From Bigelowiella natans CCMP2755 (lineage: Eukaryota > Protista > Cercozoa): a stretch of DNA of 64,000 bases. A model generated the notes under the pieces. It did not search any database. It was not told the DNA's origin and saw only the letters and a program-made list of their open reading frames with translations. Positions 14,354 through 29,125 of this stretch are shown piece by piece. The translations under genes and the position numbers were made by a program. Location of the stretch: positions 76,204-140,203 of the forward strand of contig ADNK01003179.1 in the NCBI GenBank assembly GCA_000320545.1. Reading direction: 5' to 3'. Every line of letters starts with the position of its first letter. The stretch's first letter is position 1.

Positions 14354-15545
14354 ATGCAGAGGGCTACAAACACTTACCGCCCCCGACCTCAGCCCCGCTC
14401 CAATTCTGTGGAGAGTGAGGGAAAATCTTCCACCAACCGAGAAAAGTCAAATGACAAGAATAATGACAGCTCCTACTCCCATCGTATGCGGACACCGTTT
14501 ATGAAGCTTCAAGCTGTTTCGCGTGCGACTGGCTCCGCATATATAGAAATGGTAGTTGGTGACACTACTTGAATTGGAGAATTAGCAGGGCACTTAATCA
14601 TCGTTTCATATGTGCTTTCTTAGTCCTCACGTAATGTTTTAAATCATCCACTCAAACACCATCCTTCTCAAATAATCAGGAAGGTGTGAAGGTCATTTGC
14701 GGTGTCTATGGACCAACATCCAACCCTCGAGCTTCTTACAGTGATAAGGGCTCTTTATCGTGCTCCGTCGAGTTCGCACCCTTTGCGAAAACAAATAGGA
14801 GGACAAGGGAAGATGAGCAAGAAGAACGAGCAATTTCATTAGTTCTGGAGGAAGCTTTGACGGTGGGTATTAGTGTTATTATCATGTAGGAATTGTTGCC
14901 CTGAGTGTTGCACTTAAATCCTGGTCGCTAGGTTTCAATCCAGCTCGATAAATTCCCAAAGGCAGTAATCAAAGCGTGGGTTGTTATTCTAGAAGCAGGA
15001 AAAGGACACATAGCAGCTGCTATATCATGCGTATCACTAGCTCTTGCAGGTAGTGAGTACACAGCTGCAGCAGTAGCACAGCGGATGTAGTAATTGTATA
15101 TTATTTTTAGATACTACTACTACTTTGACCAGCTACTGTTACTTGCGATTTCTCTCGTCATCACCATCTATATGAATCATCAAACAGATGCCGGGATAGA
15201 GCTATACGATCTTGTCACTGCAGCTTCAGTTGGCCGATTAAGGTAACAAACGTCAATCTACACGTAAACATTTTTTACGAGTCTTATCGTAATGTTCCCT
15301 GCAGTTCCAAAATAGTTGTGGATCCGGGAGAAAAAGAGTACCAGCGCAGCGACTATGAGGGCTCGCTGTGGATAGCATACATGCCTTCGTTAGGTCAGAT
15401 AACTTACATAAGCCAGTCAGGAAGAATTGATCTCGACGCATCTCAAAAAATGCTAGAATTGTGTACAGAAGGATGCATAGCGCTTCATTCTGCGATGAGA
15501 TCGTGTCTCGTTGAAAGTGCGAAGAAGCTTGACAGAGCATGCTGA
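14354..15545 (+). CDS. EXOSC6: Exosome complex RNase PH-like subunit, MTR3/EXOSC6 (RRP41-like) type, about 5 exons
   Basis: Exons give RTPFMKLQAVSRATGSAYIEM / VKVICGVYGP...YSDKGSLSCSVEFAPFA / IQLDKFPKAVI...AAAISCVSLALA / DAGIELYDLV / VDPGEKE...LCTEGCIALHSAMRSCL, an RNase PH fold with MTR3-like features. Confidence 0.8.
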
Positions 15546-15589
15546 CATGATTCTCATCAGTATAAATGTTAGACCGAATCACAAGCACT

Positions 15590-16330
15590 ATGATCGTATC
15601 ATGTAGAAGTCACACATAAATGATGCCAGCATTCATGCATACGCGTATGCCACAAGCAATTGCGTAAATTTGTTTCATGTCGCAGACATAGTCGATTAAG
15701 TCTCTCAAGCGTAGCGTCCCGTGTACTACATTCATCGCATTGTTTTAGTCGATCAGCATGCAACTACTCACTTTATTTTGCCTATCTGCTAGTCGATTAT
15801 TCGTGCAATTTGTCACTGCGACAATGACACAAAACATAGTGGGCTCTGGACTATGCGTTACGTCCCGCATGTGTCGCGCGCACACATAGCGTAGAAGCAA
15901 TAATCCATAGAAAAGAACAAAGAAATTAACATAAGCTTATATAGCGCTGTAGCCGCCGCTTCATTAGCTACATTAGGATGGCTACTCGACTCATTTTAAT
16001 CATTCGCTACATCTGTTTCATAGGAACCTTTTCAAAAAAAAGTGAGAGAGAGAGAGCCAGCGCTTCTCATGCTCAAATCGAACATTTAACATCTGCATAT
16101 GCATTAATCGGTATATCTAGGCTATCCTACGATCGTCTACCCGTAGCGTAGTGATCAGCGCGCATCGCATCGTATCAATCACGCACAGCTGTATAACGAT
16201 AAATTTAATGGGCATGCGCGCGAGCGACTACGCTATATGATTATGGTTGTGATGAGGATGGCGATATATCACTAATAAAAAGTTGATTATGGCATGTTGA
16301 TCGACAAATATCTAGATATTCGACACATTC
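15590..16330. other. Convergent-junction tract 2
   Basis: Between the exosome gene stop (+) and the SNF2 gene stop (-). Positions 16141-16200 contain only 3 homo-dinucleotides in 59 steps (hand count), with gcatgc, cgcgcg and tctag motifs. Confidence 0.65.
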
Positions 16331-16384
16331 AGGCATGAAATGTGATTCATTTTCGTTCTTAGGTTGACTAATATATCCCTATTT

Positions 16385-16429
<45 letters not shown>

Positions 16430-16444
16430 TTCCCAGGTGTGTAT

Positions 16445-19400
16445 TCATGTGAGATCGATTGCGGTGTCGGCACTGGCCCCCTTCCCTTCAGTGATAACAT
16501 CGGTAAGCTGTACTTCTTGAGATGATGATGATTGAACGGCAACATGTTGCTGCTGCTGCTGCTGCATCTGCTGCATTGTGTCGCTATTTACAGCTTTATC
16601 GCCAACCCCATTCTGCTGCTGCTGCTGCTGCTGTTCCATAGCGATCCGAAATACATCTTCCTTAGACAGCCCTTCTGCTTTCAGCTCATTAAGCATAACC
16701 TAAAAACCGCCGTGTGTTACATGAGTAACACATTATACCTCCAACTTTCTCTCATACCCCCCCCCTTCTGCTCTCTTTGCATAAATAGTAATAATAACAA
16801 TAATAATAATCATCATCACTAATCCTCTTCCATCTAATCATATTACTTAGTAGTAGTACAGGCAAGCACACAACCTGTGGTCTTTCCCATTGAGTCTTCT
16901 GCGTATGCCTATTGTAGAAGAAGACGTTTCCCTCGCTTGTATGGACCTGCCACGTGCTAGATAGCATTGGACTGCCTTTGATAATCAGCTCGTCATTGAT
17001 CGCTTTCAAAAGCCTTTCCGCATCCTTCTTACGTACCTGCAGCTTCTTCAACTCTACGTCGTTGACGTGCAGTAGTTTCTTACCAGTTATGTTACATCTT
17101 TGGAATTCTGACTTGAGAAACCCGCAGCTGTAACGCTCCAGAAAGTTCATGACCTAGTAGCATATAGCAGGAAGAACAGCATTTATTAGTTCTAGCCGGC
17201 TTCCATACGATTGGTCATTACCATCACCATCATCATCATCTTCATCATCATGCATCATCATGATCATCATCACCACCATTGCCAGCAGCAGCAGCACTAT
17301 TTTTATACTGCTACACGAACATTTCTCGCTTGCGTGCTGCTGCTGGTACAACATCTACTACTACCTCTTGGAGACCCCAAGTCTTGACTTGTTGCAGCCT
17401 TACGTTGGGGTAGGAATGGTTGGTGAGGGGATGGCTATAATTGTGGTGGTAATGGTGCGTCAGCTGCTGGTGGTACTGCGACGAAGATGGCAAGATCTGG
17501 AGGTCGGCAGTAGTCTGCTTAATGCTATTCTCATATGAAAGTTTAGCGCGACGACGTTCCCGCTCGGACAATTTGTCATCCTCGCGGTGCTGAAGCAGGT
17601 CCTTTGACTTATGCATGCCCTTAATCCAGGCATAGTCAGCCACTGAGAATCGTCGCCTAACCGGGTAGTAGTAGCTTCTCCCCCCCTTCCTCTTCCTCTT
17701 GCTACTGTCTACTGCGGTGTCTTGCTCCTGATGATGCTTATACGCAGCAGCAGTAGGAGCACCAGCTGGAAGCTTCATCTCCTGATGCAGAAATAAACCG
17801 CTGCTGCCGCTAATTGCGGGTAGGCTCTCCCCCTCACGCCTACTGAGGGGTGGTGGCACGATGTGTTCTTGCTCTCCTTCTTCATTCTCCTCCGCCTCTG
17901 CTAGGATATGGTCAGCAAGTGCCTTTTGTCCGGACTTGGCATACTTTGAGCATAACCATACGAGGGGGGAGTTCTTCGACAGCTCTACTACCTTGCCGTA
18001 TCTAATGATGATATGATCATAGTGATGTGATGATGATGGTGATGATGATAATCGTATGAAATCGTATGAAAAGTGTGCCGGCGCGACAATGAGGATATCT
18101 ATCTGGGCATACTTTACACAAGAATACAAAGAGAGGGAGAGAAAGAGGAAGAGAGAGGGGGGAAGGGATGGAAGGAGGGTGGGGGGGGGTAATAGAATGC
18201 AACAGTAAAAGTACATCTTACAGTGTGTTTCGATTGCTACGGCGCTTCTTGTTTCCGACGGTGCCATTGTTGATCGGTTTCAGTTCTTCAATCTCCTTTA
18301 CATCCTCGTCCTCACTATCACAGAGATCGAGCACGATGCGGGACTCCATCAAAGGCGTCGCTGCCAGCTCCTCTCCCTCTGCAGCGGCAGCAGCAGCCAC
18401 TTTGTTGTTGTTACCCCCTTCTTTTTCGTCGTCAGAATCATACAGATCATAAAGTTCCTCGTCCTTTTGTTGGTAGTTGGATGATTAGCAATCGTGGTAG
18501 ATAGCAAATTGTTTCTTGGTGGTAGTGATGGTGGTGATACTCTCTTGCTACTCTTCTCCTAGTGTGACTACATACATATAACCTACCCTTCATAACCCCC
18601 CTTGCATTCACACCCAGCACAATGTAGTAGTAGTAGTAGTAGTAGTAGTAGTGTTACCTTAAACAGATTATCCACCTCATGCTCGTCGACGATGCGCAGT
18701 GCCATTCCTAGCTTGGTAATCTGCCGCTCATAGATTCTCTGCTCCAGTGTATCCGCCGAGACAAGGCGGTATATATGCACGGGCTTAGTCTGACCAAATC
18801 GGTAGCATCGAAATGTCGCCTGGAGATCGTTCGCCGGGTTCCACGATATGTCCATGATGATGACGTGATTACCGCCGACGAGATTAATACCGAGTGCTCC
18901 AGCTCGAGTAGAGACGAGGAAAACGCATGATGATGATGACGACGATGACGATGATGATGAAGATGTAGCATTGCCATCTACTTTGTTAAAAGCATCAATA
19001 TCGTTTTGTCGCACTGCCGCTGATGTTGAGCCGTCAATGCGGAAATAGTCAGTACCCTTATTAAAGCCAAAGATAGTTTGTAGGAAACCTTCCACCAGAT
19101 CAAGAGTCGCTAAACTCTGGCTAAACACGACAGCCTTATCACCGCGGTCAAGAATACGCTGTAGAAGGAGAAAGCATATGACAAGCTTGCCGCTGTGACG
19201 GTAGTCAACAGGAGCGTTGGGGGGGGGAAGGAGCCCTTCCCACCAGTTCGTCACCTAATTGGATTATTGGAGGCAGAGAGAGGGAGGGGAGGAGGCAGGT
19301 ACGTGTTTCATTGTTGAAGTGTTGATTGCCGAAGATGTTCTGTGATTGGTGATAACGATGATGATGATGATGATGATGATGATGACGGTAGTTAACACCT

Positions 19401-20230
19401 CGGCCTCAGATGCCGCTGTCCCGCTGTCCTGACTGTTGAGATTATTACTAGTCGGCATTCTCATCCGGAGAACACACGGATGGCTGCAGAGCTTTCTGAG
19501 CGTGTGGTATGCTTTGAACAAACCAACCTTTCCTCTGGTGCAGTGCAACGATACGTAGCGCTTGTACAGACGCTTCTGCAGCGGGGAGAGGCGAATGAAT
19601 ATGCTGACATCGTGCTTGGGTGGTAGCTGAGTCTCCAAGTTGGAGTAATCTCTCCGATGCACGAAGCCACGCAGCAGATCGTGTAGCACAAACGCGCGGC
19701 CCTTCATCAATTTCTTATCACGCAATGTGGAGTCCCGGCATTGTCCGTTCTTGATCGGATTTTCGAAGCGGTTCTGGAACTCGGCCCGTGTACCGAGAAA
19801 GCGGGGCCTGACGAAGTCAACCATGCAGTAGTATTCCAATAAGTTGTTCTGCAGCGGCGTCCCCGTTAAGATCACGCGGCGCTTTGTCCGGACATTCTTG
19901 ATCACTTGACCGATGCTTGACTTGTCGTTCTTGATGCGATGGCCCTCATCCACAATTACCAAATCCGCGACCTGTCATACGTTAAGTCACAGGGGGGTGG
20001 GGAAGCATGATGATGAATGTCGCTAGGACGAAAGGACGACGACAATGATTTGTTAACAACACGTCAGACTTGACCACACCATTGAATAAGATCACCACTA
20101 CGACAAGGAGCCTATTCGATATATGCTAGTACTCGAATTGAAGAGACTCTTTTCCCTCCCTTCATGCTGCTGCAGCTAACTATGGCAAAATACAGCATCC
20201 CGACAAAATGCCATCTGCTGCTCTACAATA

Positions 20231-20266
<36 letters not shown>

Positions 20267-21629
20267 CACTACTTCTATTTCTACTACTATGAGACCTGCA
20301 TGCACAGGTGATATAATTCCTCTTTAATGACCGCGTCCTTGATGCGCTTGCCCTGTGCTAGAGTTCTAAGCATCTCGAATCCAATTATAGCTACACCACC
20401 AAGCTCTTGCCAACGGCTCAGCACAGCATGTCGATGCTTATAGCTCTTCACCTGCGCTACGTCGAATACATTTATGCTAGCCTCCCCTGTCAGCCACTTC
20501 TCAGCGAGCTCGTGGTACCAATTCTTGACGGTGTTGACTGGGCATATGACCATCACGCACTGGCCAACCCTCATGCGGAGGAAAGTTTCTATGAGGGTAA
20601 CAGCCTGAATCGTTTTACCAAGCCCCATAACATGGCTCAGGATGCAGCCTTTTCCCTCGTCCCGTCGCCCTTCCTCAAGCGACTCTACTATATTTTCCCA
20701 CATAAACTTGACACCTTGAACTTGGTGCGGCTTCAGTATGCGCGCAACCTCAGGAGCCACAGTGACCTTGGCCTCGCCTTCATTCCGGCTTGGATTCAAG
20801 CACCCATCCCAGCCCCCGCCTTTACTATCGTTATGGTTGAATATAATCCTTTTGTCACAGCAATCCTGGAAACAGCATCAGAGATAAGTGTCTTATTTGA
20901 CAACGATCTGCTCTTTTTACTGACGTTAAATTGTGGAATCGAAGGGGAGGGGTGGGTAGATGAAGTTATAAAAGTCCTCAGAAAGAGTATTTGTCCCTTC
21001 GTAATTTAGTCCGATTCCCATCTTCCATCTATGCACTTCTATTTGTAACTACAATGCAAATGCTGCACGTCAGTGGTGGTGACCTGTAGCCTCTTTAGCC
21101 GCTCCCGCTCAAGTCGCATTGCCTCCTTTGTATCCTCCCCAAGATCAGCAGAGTCCTTCACTTTTCGGATATTTTTCCGGTTATTCCCTCTCGTCTTCCG
21201 GCGCTTGTTGTGGTCAGGTTCTTTGGCCGGGTCTTTATGATCCCCAGTTGTCGACGAAGATGAATCGACCTCCACCTCTGTTCTCCCTCGACGAGCTCTT
21301 TTTTTCATTTTCCCCGCCGTAGGCCCCTCTGTGTGGGGAAGTAAGAAGTCAGGATCTTTCTCTTCGCCTTTTTGTTCTGAGATATAAAATGGAGGTAGGA
21401 CCGAGAGGTCAGGGTGAAAAAGGACGCAAAATTCTCGGGTCGATACAATCGATGGTAAACAGAGAAAGCATGCAATTCGATAAGCTTTGCGCTTTGCAAC
21501 GCCGTCTTCACCTTCTTCATTGAAAGGTAGTAACGACTCTGGCAAGTTAGAATTCTCGCCAAGTCTCCCAATTCCATCAAAATCGAGGAGGTCCCCAATT
21601 TCCAGGAGAGGCGAAGAAGGGCTCTCCAT
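16445..21629 (-). CDS. ATRX/ARIP4(RAD54L2)-like SNF2 family ATPase with C-terminal SAM and WW domains
   Basis: SNF2 motifs: LKPHQVQGVKFMW, GCILSHVMGLGKTIQ, DEGHRIKN, LTGTPLQNNLLEYYCMVDFVRP, FENPIKNGQC. Helicase-C motifs: SGK, VFSQSL, YFRIDGST, STRAGALGINL, WNP, FRCYRFGQTKPVHIYRL. The exon at ~16876-17153 encodes SAM then WW. Stop at 16445; start MESPSS at 21629 is tentative. Confidence 0.9.
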
Positions 21630-22036
21630 TACTCGTCGTCTGCTCCCGGACGACGGATTTTCAGAGTTCTCTGCGACAAATAAGTTTATTTGTCGCACCA
21701 AATAAAAACTTCTACTTTGTGCTCCTCAAAATGTAATTGAATCGACCAGGACGTCATGAATAATTGTTTCGATCCGGGCAAATTTCGGAATGTCCAAACG
21801 CTTTCCCGCCATTAGGTTGAATGTAAATGAATGTATTTCGAAGTAAACGCATAGGATTTTTTTCATCCGCCAATAAGAATCGTACGTCGCTCAACGTGTT
21901 TCTCACCTTGTTGCATCTCACTCCTCTTTCGACGATTGAACGCGTGAACATACTTCAAAGCTGCGAGTACGATATGAATACAACAGATGAATACGAATTT
22001 TAACGTTGAGGTTCAAGTAGTATTTAAACACGACTG

Positions 22037-22778
22037 ATGCCAGAACAGAAAACAGGGGGCCAAGCGAAGAAAAGGGTGCGAGATGGGGCGAAGGGGACAG
22101 TGGGTAGCAACGACGAGAATGGAATTAGAACCACCATAGAAAGTGTAAAACACTATAATCTAGAATTAATTGTGGAGAAAATGAAGCGTGGGATTAGCAG
22201 TGAGGTTGGAGACTTCAAAAACAGCAAGAGACAACGGAAGCAGAACAAAGAATCCGAAATTCCGTTTGGTTGGGCTTACGACGTTCTTTTTCGCCTAATG
22301 AATCGATACCCGTAATAACAACAATAAGAACAAAAATTCCCCCCTAACTTCATTCTCTGAATTGATTCCCCCAGCATCGTATTGTCGTTAGCTTAATGAC
22401 TTTTCTTTGTCTAGGCTGGGATTGACTTATCCTGTGGCCATTTCGGAGCTGTTCAATCAATGGCAGTCGGATCGCCAGGTAGATGGAGAATTACACGATT
22501 AGTTTGGCCTATTTGGCAGCCGTAGTTGATATTAAATGATGAATTCTCATAGATGCACAATATTCTTTCGTCATCCCTGCTAAATTTAACACTCGTTTCT
22601 GCGGTGATTCTTGGTCAGGTTTTGTCTCACCGTGCCGGAGGGCAGCTGAAAGAGGTGCTGTTCTATATTGATTATTTCCCTTCCTTTTCATTGAAGCCAA
22701 CAGCACATACTTATGAATACGAATATCATCCATAGTTTGTGGATGTGGATGTGGATGTGGATGTGGATGTGGATGTGG

Positions 22779-22815
<37 letters not shown>

Positions 22816-22825
22816 TGTTCAATAA

Positions 22826-22866
<41 letters not shown>

Positions 22867-23311
22867 TAAGGTAGCATCTGTAGAATCAATCCATGCCCAA
22901 GGAACTGTGTCAGAGAACGCCGTCCTCGAGGCCAGTGTAGACGGCATCTCTCAACTTACAGGTCAACTTGCAAATCACTATCAGACTAGGACAGATAGGC
23001 AGATAGAGGAGGACGTGTAAAGACCAATTATATCCGCTCATTGCTGAAAGTCCAGCTGTACTATCCACTGAGCGGCCTTGTCATAAAAACTGAAACCGAG
23101 GGTCGCAGTTATTTCTTCGGAAAAGAGGGGGGGGATGGAAAGGGGATAGCACACCTAAATATCAAGCAACGAAATTCATAAGTTCCCATCGAACAGGAAC
23201 GAAAACGTACATTATGCGGCTCAAAAGCACGGATACCACGGAAGGGTTTGGTCACACTACACGGATGGTTGACGCCTATCTCCACGTCAAGTTCCTGAAC
23301 GTTAGTAACGA

Positions 23312-23345
<34 letters not shown>

Positions 23346-24761
23346 GGTTATGGTGGAGTGCTGCCGCTGCTGCTGTTACTGGTGGTCGTGATGATGATAT
23401 TGACGATATTGTGAACAATAATCTACAAACCTCTCTCTCCCCCTCTTCCTTCCTTCCTATTTCACGATCGACTCTCCATCTCATTGAATGGTTATTGTTG
23501 CTCTTGGCTTAGAAATCGGTCATGTCGACAATGATAACGGGTCAAAAGACCAACGTCAGAATGATTGGGATGAGAGTGGCTGGAGGTTGCTATTTTTAAT
23601 GATATTGCGATCAAATATAGACGATGGTGTGAAGGGAAGGACAGGAATGAAAGGAGAGATTGAAAGAGAGCGTTCTTTTACCAAAGTGAGGGTCTGTGGC
23701 TTTTGTAACAGTGATAATTCATTGTGTTTGTATTCATAATTCATAGTATATTTATGTGCCATTTCTCTTTGCATTTTCTCTACTAATCTTTCCCTGTCGT
23801 TGAATTTTTAGAAAAGATCCTACCTACAGCTTGCATGGTGCTCCTACCACGTCATTTCAACAGGAAAAGTGCGTTACGAAATGGATGAGATGATGACGAT
23901 TCGACACAGATTATATTCATGCCAATAAATAATCGCAGATGTGTACAGCAGCAACATAGTATGCGAGTAGAACAAAGTTCATTCGTCAACGTATGATGAA
24001 TAGAATTCCCGTATAGGGTTGACGATTTCTTTACACGATCATAATTCATATCTTCATAAGTTTCTTTGCATTTGATTCGTTGTGTGTTGTGTCGCTATTT
24101 GGATGGATCGAAGGTACGGATTTTGTAGGAACGGTTGTGTACATCGGTGCGGTCAAACGGCATAGGCAGGAGAATGGCGGCCACTATCCACAGCATCAGC
24201 TCAAGCATCGGAAAAGACGCCGTCGGGTGCTGCTGCGGAAGATTGGAGAGGCTGATCGGATCAATGGGGGGGAGAGCCAAAAGTAATCAGGCTGAAACAG
24301 AATTAACACATTTCGAGGGAGAAGTAACATCTTCTGCATATTAACCTCAACCACTCCTCCCATGTGTTTTGTTTCCTCTCTTTCTTTCTCGCTCTTCTTC
24401 CTCCTAAATACTTTCTCCTTCACCTCAGCACAATTACCGTCTCCATCATCATCATCATCAGCAGCAGCAGCCTCACCATCATCACCATTACCACCTTCAG
24501 GTTGTCTGCAACGCAGCCCGAAACCGTGTCTCTCTACCTGTTCGACAACGATATAAAGCTGGGCTACTTGTTTGAACAGGTAGGCGTACTGCTGCAAGGA
24601 GAGGAGGGGGAGGAAGAAGAAGAAGAGGAGTGCTGGCAGCATAGTGTCTGTGCTTTATTTCCCTGCTAAGCCATCTCCCTTGCTGCTCAATATATTTGTT
24701 TAGGGAGACACTATTGCACTGTTCCAACCAAAGGAAGGCCTTGAAGCGAACTCGTAGGCTA

Positions 24762-24801
<40 letters not shown>

Positions 24802-26131
24802 GTTATTGTTGATGATAATTAGATGAAATTATGATAATAATTATAATAATAATACAGTATCAAACTAACATATAGTAGTGACTCCAGCGCCCATGTAAAT
24901 ATTATTCGTGCTTCTTCTTTCTTGTGTCGAACGGCTATGTTGCTGCTGTTCTGTTACATCTCCCAACCCGATTACTATTGATTCCTTGTAGTCTGGAGGT
25001 TGGCGAGGAGACAGTCATCTCTGTGTTTCCTAACAATACCTTGGCAGCAAGCAACACCCACCAGAAAACACAACCGCAGCACCAGAGGTATGACCAACTC
25101 AAAATATGAGTAGTAGGAAAGTTCCTGTGCTCTGATATCAAATATTCAGTGGCTGATCATTAGGCGAATGTGTGTGCCATTACGAAAGCGAGTATTTCAT
25201 TTTGCTATTATCATTATTGTAGTAGTAGTAGTAGTAGTAGTTGTAGCTAGAAATAATAAGCCATTTTTCAATTTCTGGTCAATGTCTACTCTCTACTGTA
25301 GAAATTAGCAAGCATGACTCCTTCAGATTATATTTATGGTTATGAGCGCAGGAGAGGGTGGTTTGAGGGTGATGTATATGTTCTTCGTCTCCCACCCCCC
25401 CCCCTTTCCCTCTTTCATCTTTCTTCGTATGTAATATACATGTAATATAGGGGAGCTACTTGTACTAGTAGCAGCAGCATAAAGCCGGTGACGATGCCGC
25501 AGCATCTAGCGCTTGAGCTGCAGGTAATTCCCCATTCAACTTGCCGCTTTAGAACTTAGAAAAATAAGAGGAAGAGGAGAATAACAACGACGAAGATTTT
25601 ACATATCATCCCTTGAAGCGTCGTCATCAGCCTACCCCTTGCTACTCTAAGCAAACCATCGTTGTCGTTGTTGTCGTTCCCTTCCCTCTCATGTTTCCCT
25701 TCTTTTGACTTGTTGCTCTGTTACCTAATTACCTTATCACAATCGACAACGATGATTCACCAGGGCGAGTTAGCGACACAGTCGTCGTCCCAGTCACTGT
25801 CGCAGTCCGGAAAGGATATGGCTTTTGTTCATCTTGCTCTTCACCCGCACCGTGTGATGATCGCAGGTGATGCTTTGTGCTAAATATGATTCTCTCTTCG
25901 CCAATGCTGCTGAATGTGTTGCGATCTTAGCCCCCCCCCGCCCGTTTCTGATATCTTATGTGCGTGCGTGTGTACGTGCGTGCGTGCGTGAGCGTCTAAC
26001 TGTTCCTATTATCACTACAGAAATACGTGAGCTCCTTGCGGGCACTAGCCAGTTATATGTGTCGTCGCTCTCTCTACTGCTGAAAGGTAGTAGTAGTAGT
26101 AGTAGTAGTAGTGGTACATATCGTTATGATA

Positions 26132-26216
<85 letters not shown>

Positions 26217-28463
26217 AGATGTGAATATGATGTATATTGTTAACCCATGCCCCATCTTGTATAGTGAACAGCATTACTGTGGAGGCTAATCCTCACTCCT
26301 CAAGAAAAAGTAGAAACAGCAGCACCGCTACTACTACAACTACTACTACCGTGCTTCTAGAGGTTGATCTATGTGAATAATAATAGTAATAATAATTCAT
26401 GGTAATAATAGTTGGGAGAAGAAAAAGGGGAGTGAGCGCAAAAAGTCAAAATTTCTTCTTCGTTGTATGACTATATCGCTCCTTTTCGTCGTAGTCGTCG
26501 TCGTCATCGTAGTCGTTGTCGTCGTCGTCATCGTTTACTTACTTCATTGCTCACTTCGTGCGCTCACTAGGTGGAAGATGGCACTGGGACGGTCAACACA
26601 AGTTTTTAAAAGAAATAATGATGATGATGATGATGATGATGACAATGTTGAGGATGAAGCCCTCTCATTTGTTCTGCTGACACTCCTTTCATTTTCACAA
26701 TTTAAATTAGTCCTTACATGAGACATTTTTTAAACATTTTTCCGGAATCTTAGAGAATATGCAATTCCTTATCGTTTTTCTTTGATATTTCGTATTCCCC
26801 ATTCTCTCTCTTACCCTTGTATCATTATATCATATTATTCTTATTCCTTCAAGATGCCTGTCCGGGTTGTGGGTGAGGAAGCTGTGGCGATTGCCCTAAA
26901 ATGCAGAACGGTAACAATGATACATACATACTACTACAACTACTACTACTAAAACTATGAGTAGTTTCTGGTTTCTACCTTATATTTTCATATTGTTCTT
27001 GTCCACGGGGCGTTACCTTCCGATCGTAGATGTCTCCAAAATACATAATTTTCTATCGAGATCATCATTCTCTTCCCCATCCTCTCTCTCATGTCCATTA
27101 AGAGCATCATGGTCATAATCGTAAGCATGAGAATATTTGATGTCATCACTCCTTTTCATGACGTTGTTGTTATGGTGTTGTATGATGTTGGCATTATAAT
27201 AAAGGGAAACCTGGTGTTCTTGTCGGAGGTGTCTTGGAATCCGACCGATCCCGCACACGACGGAAAGCTGGTACGACACGAAAAAAAATGAGAGGAGGGG
27301 GGGAAGGAGGGCTAGGGAAAAAAGGACACCGTAGTTTCGATAGCATCGCACCGTTTTCGTTGAGTATGTCCTGTGGCTATGAGCGGTCGATGTGGATCGC
27401 TGGGCCAAAGAGAACAGAAGTTTTACCGTATCAAGGCAGCGATATAGATTTATGATTTATTGGAAGAAGGATACTTATTTAGCTACAGCAACGGAAATAT
27501 CAGCTGCATCTACCTTATCCTCTCTCACATGCCCATGACAATTTGTAACAAATTACTTAGTACGTGGTACAAACCCTCGTTCTCTCTCTCTCTCTCTCCC
27601 TCTCTCTCTCTTTATCTTTATCCTTTCTATGTTCAGGTTTGCAACAGAATTGTCAATGTAAACAGCATCCGCGCGATTTTGTCTTCAGGTTATTATTTGA
27701 TTATTGATTTGGTCTCATATTCGAAGACGCTGCGTTCTGCGACACATACAATTGGGGGGGGGGGGGGGGGGGGGGGTGGTAGACAGGCGGGAGAATACAT
27801 CGTCGACTTAGCAGTCCCATAGAGAGGAGTGCACCTGAGATGATGCGTTGGTTGCTACTATCTTGATAGATTTTATTCGAAGAAGAACGATCAAGGAAAT
27901 CGTGGAAGAGTGTGTCCAACGAAGAAGAAGACAACAACTCCTACTACTACGGCAAAGAGGAGCCGTCGCAGCAGCTCCCTCCTCCTATATTATCAGCAAC
28001 TGTCTGGACCTCCTAGTCTGCAAGGCAACGGTAGTAAGTTGAAGAACAACAACAACAACAGAGAATAAGAGACATCCTCGAGAATTACAGGGGGAAGGGG
28101 GGGGGGCGATTGTTGGCCGGAGGGCAATATCGTCGGTATTTTCGTTGATTTATTGGTTCATTCGTTTATTTATTTTCCCTTGATTTATTCGTTGGTGTTC
28201 AATGTTAAATGAGGAGGATGAGCTCATCAGTTGTTTCACCATCGTATATTTGATCTTGAGGCAGCTCCTGCCACAATTATCATCCGCTTATGCTACTAAC
28301 AATAATAATAATAAGAAGAAGAATAAAACTATTACCGAAATACAATGATTTCTTGCTCATCATTTTTAACAAATTAGATTGCGAAAGTGCAAGTTCCAAT
28401 GAGTGGGACCCTAACGAGACGGACGCATATTGTTTGTGGGAGGGAGTTGTCGGTAGGACACAT

Positions 28464-28494
<31 letters not shown>

Positions 28495-29073
28495 GCTAAT
28501 GAATACTGCAAGCTCTCAGTACGGTTGATTTTGACTATTTGGTCTATCCCGCCTCCCTTACCCCCATCATCCAATCCAGATTGAGGACGAGGGGCTCATG
28601 TCCGAAATCGTAAGGTGTCCGTTTTGCAGCAACGAAAACGATGATCATGACGACGACGACGACGACGAGGGTGATGCTAAATGTTTTGATGCTGGGATTG
28701 GCTTCCGCGAGGAGAAGTTACTACCCTCCGAAGATGTTGGTATGTAAACGCAACAACAACAACAACAACAACGACGACACAACAGCATCATCATCTCACA
28801 ACACAAGGGAGAGTGATGAGCGTTTTCTCAATGCGTGCTTCTTCGGCATATATGTGGTTGTAACATTTTATTCTTCTCTTGTTGTTTGTCATCATAATAG
28901 TTCTGACAATCGACGACGGGACAGCAAGCGTAGAAGTATCTGTCATCCCAGAAACTCTCGAAGAGATGCTAGATTCTGTGAACGCTGGTGTCAATGCCAT
29001 GCGCACAGGTAGTAGTATCCGCCGTCATCGTCATTGTCGTGGGTATCTTAGTCGTTCGAATGAATGATGAAAA

Positions 29074-29125
<52 letters not shown>

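Noticed and set aside
21802-21809. E2F-like TTTCCCGC in the SNF2/OB-fold divergent promoter
   Set aside because: A degenerate 8-mer expected several times by chance in 64 kb; another match lies upstream of dynein (~57266).
26087-26350. Complementary (GTA)n and (CTA)n runs as an intron-bridging stem
   Set aside because: The (CTA)n run appears to be exonic poly-Thr, and the pairing pattern is not consistent across other introns.
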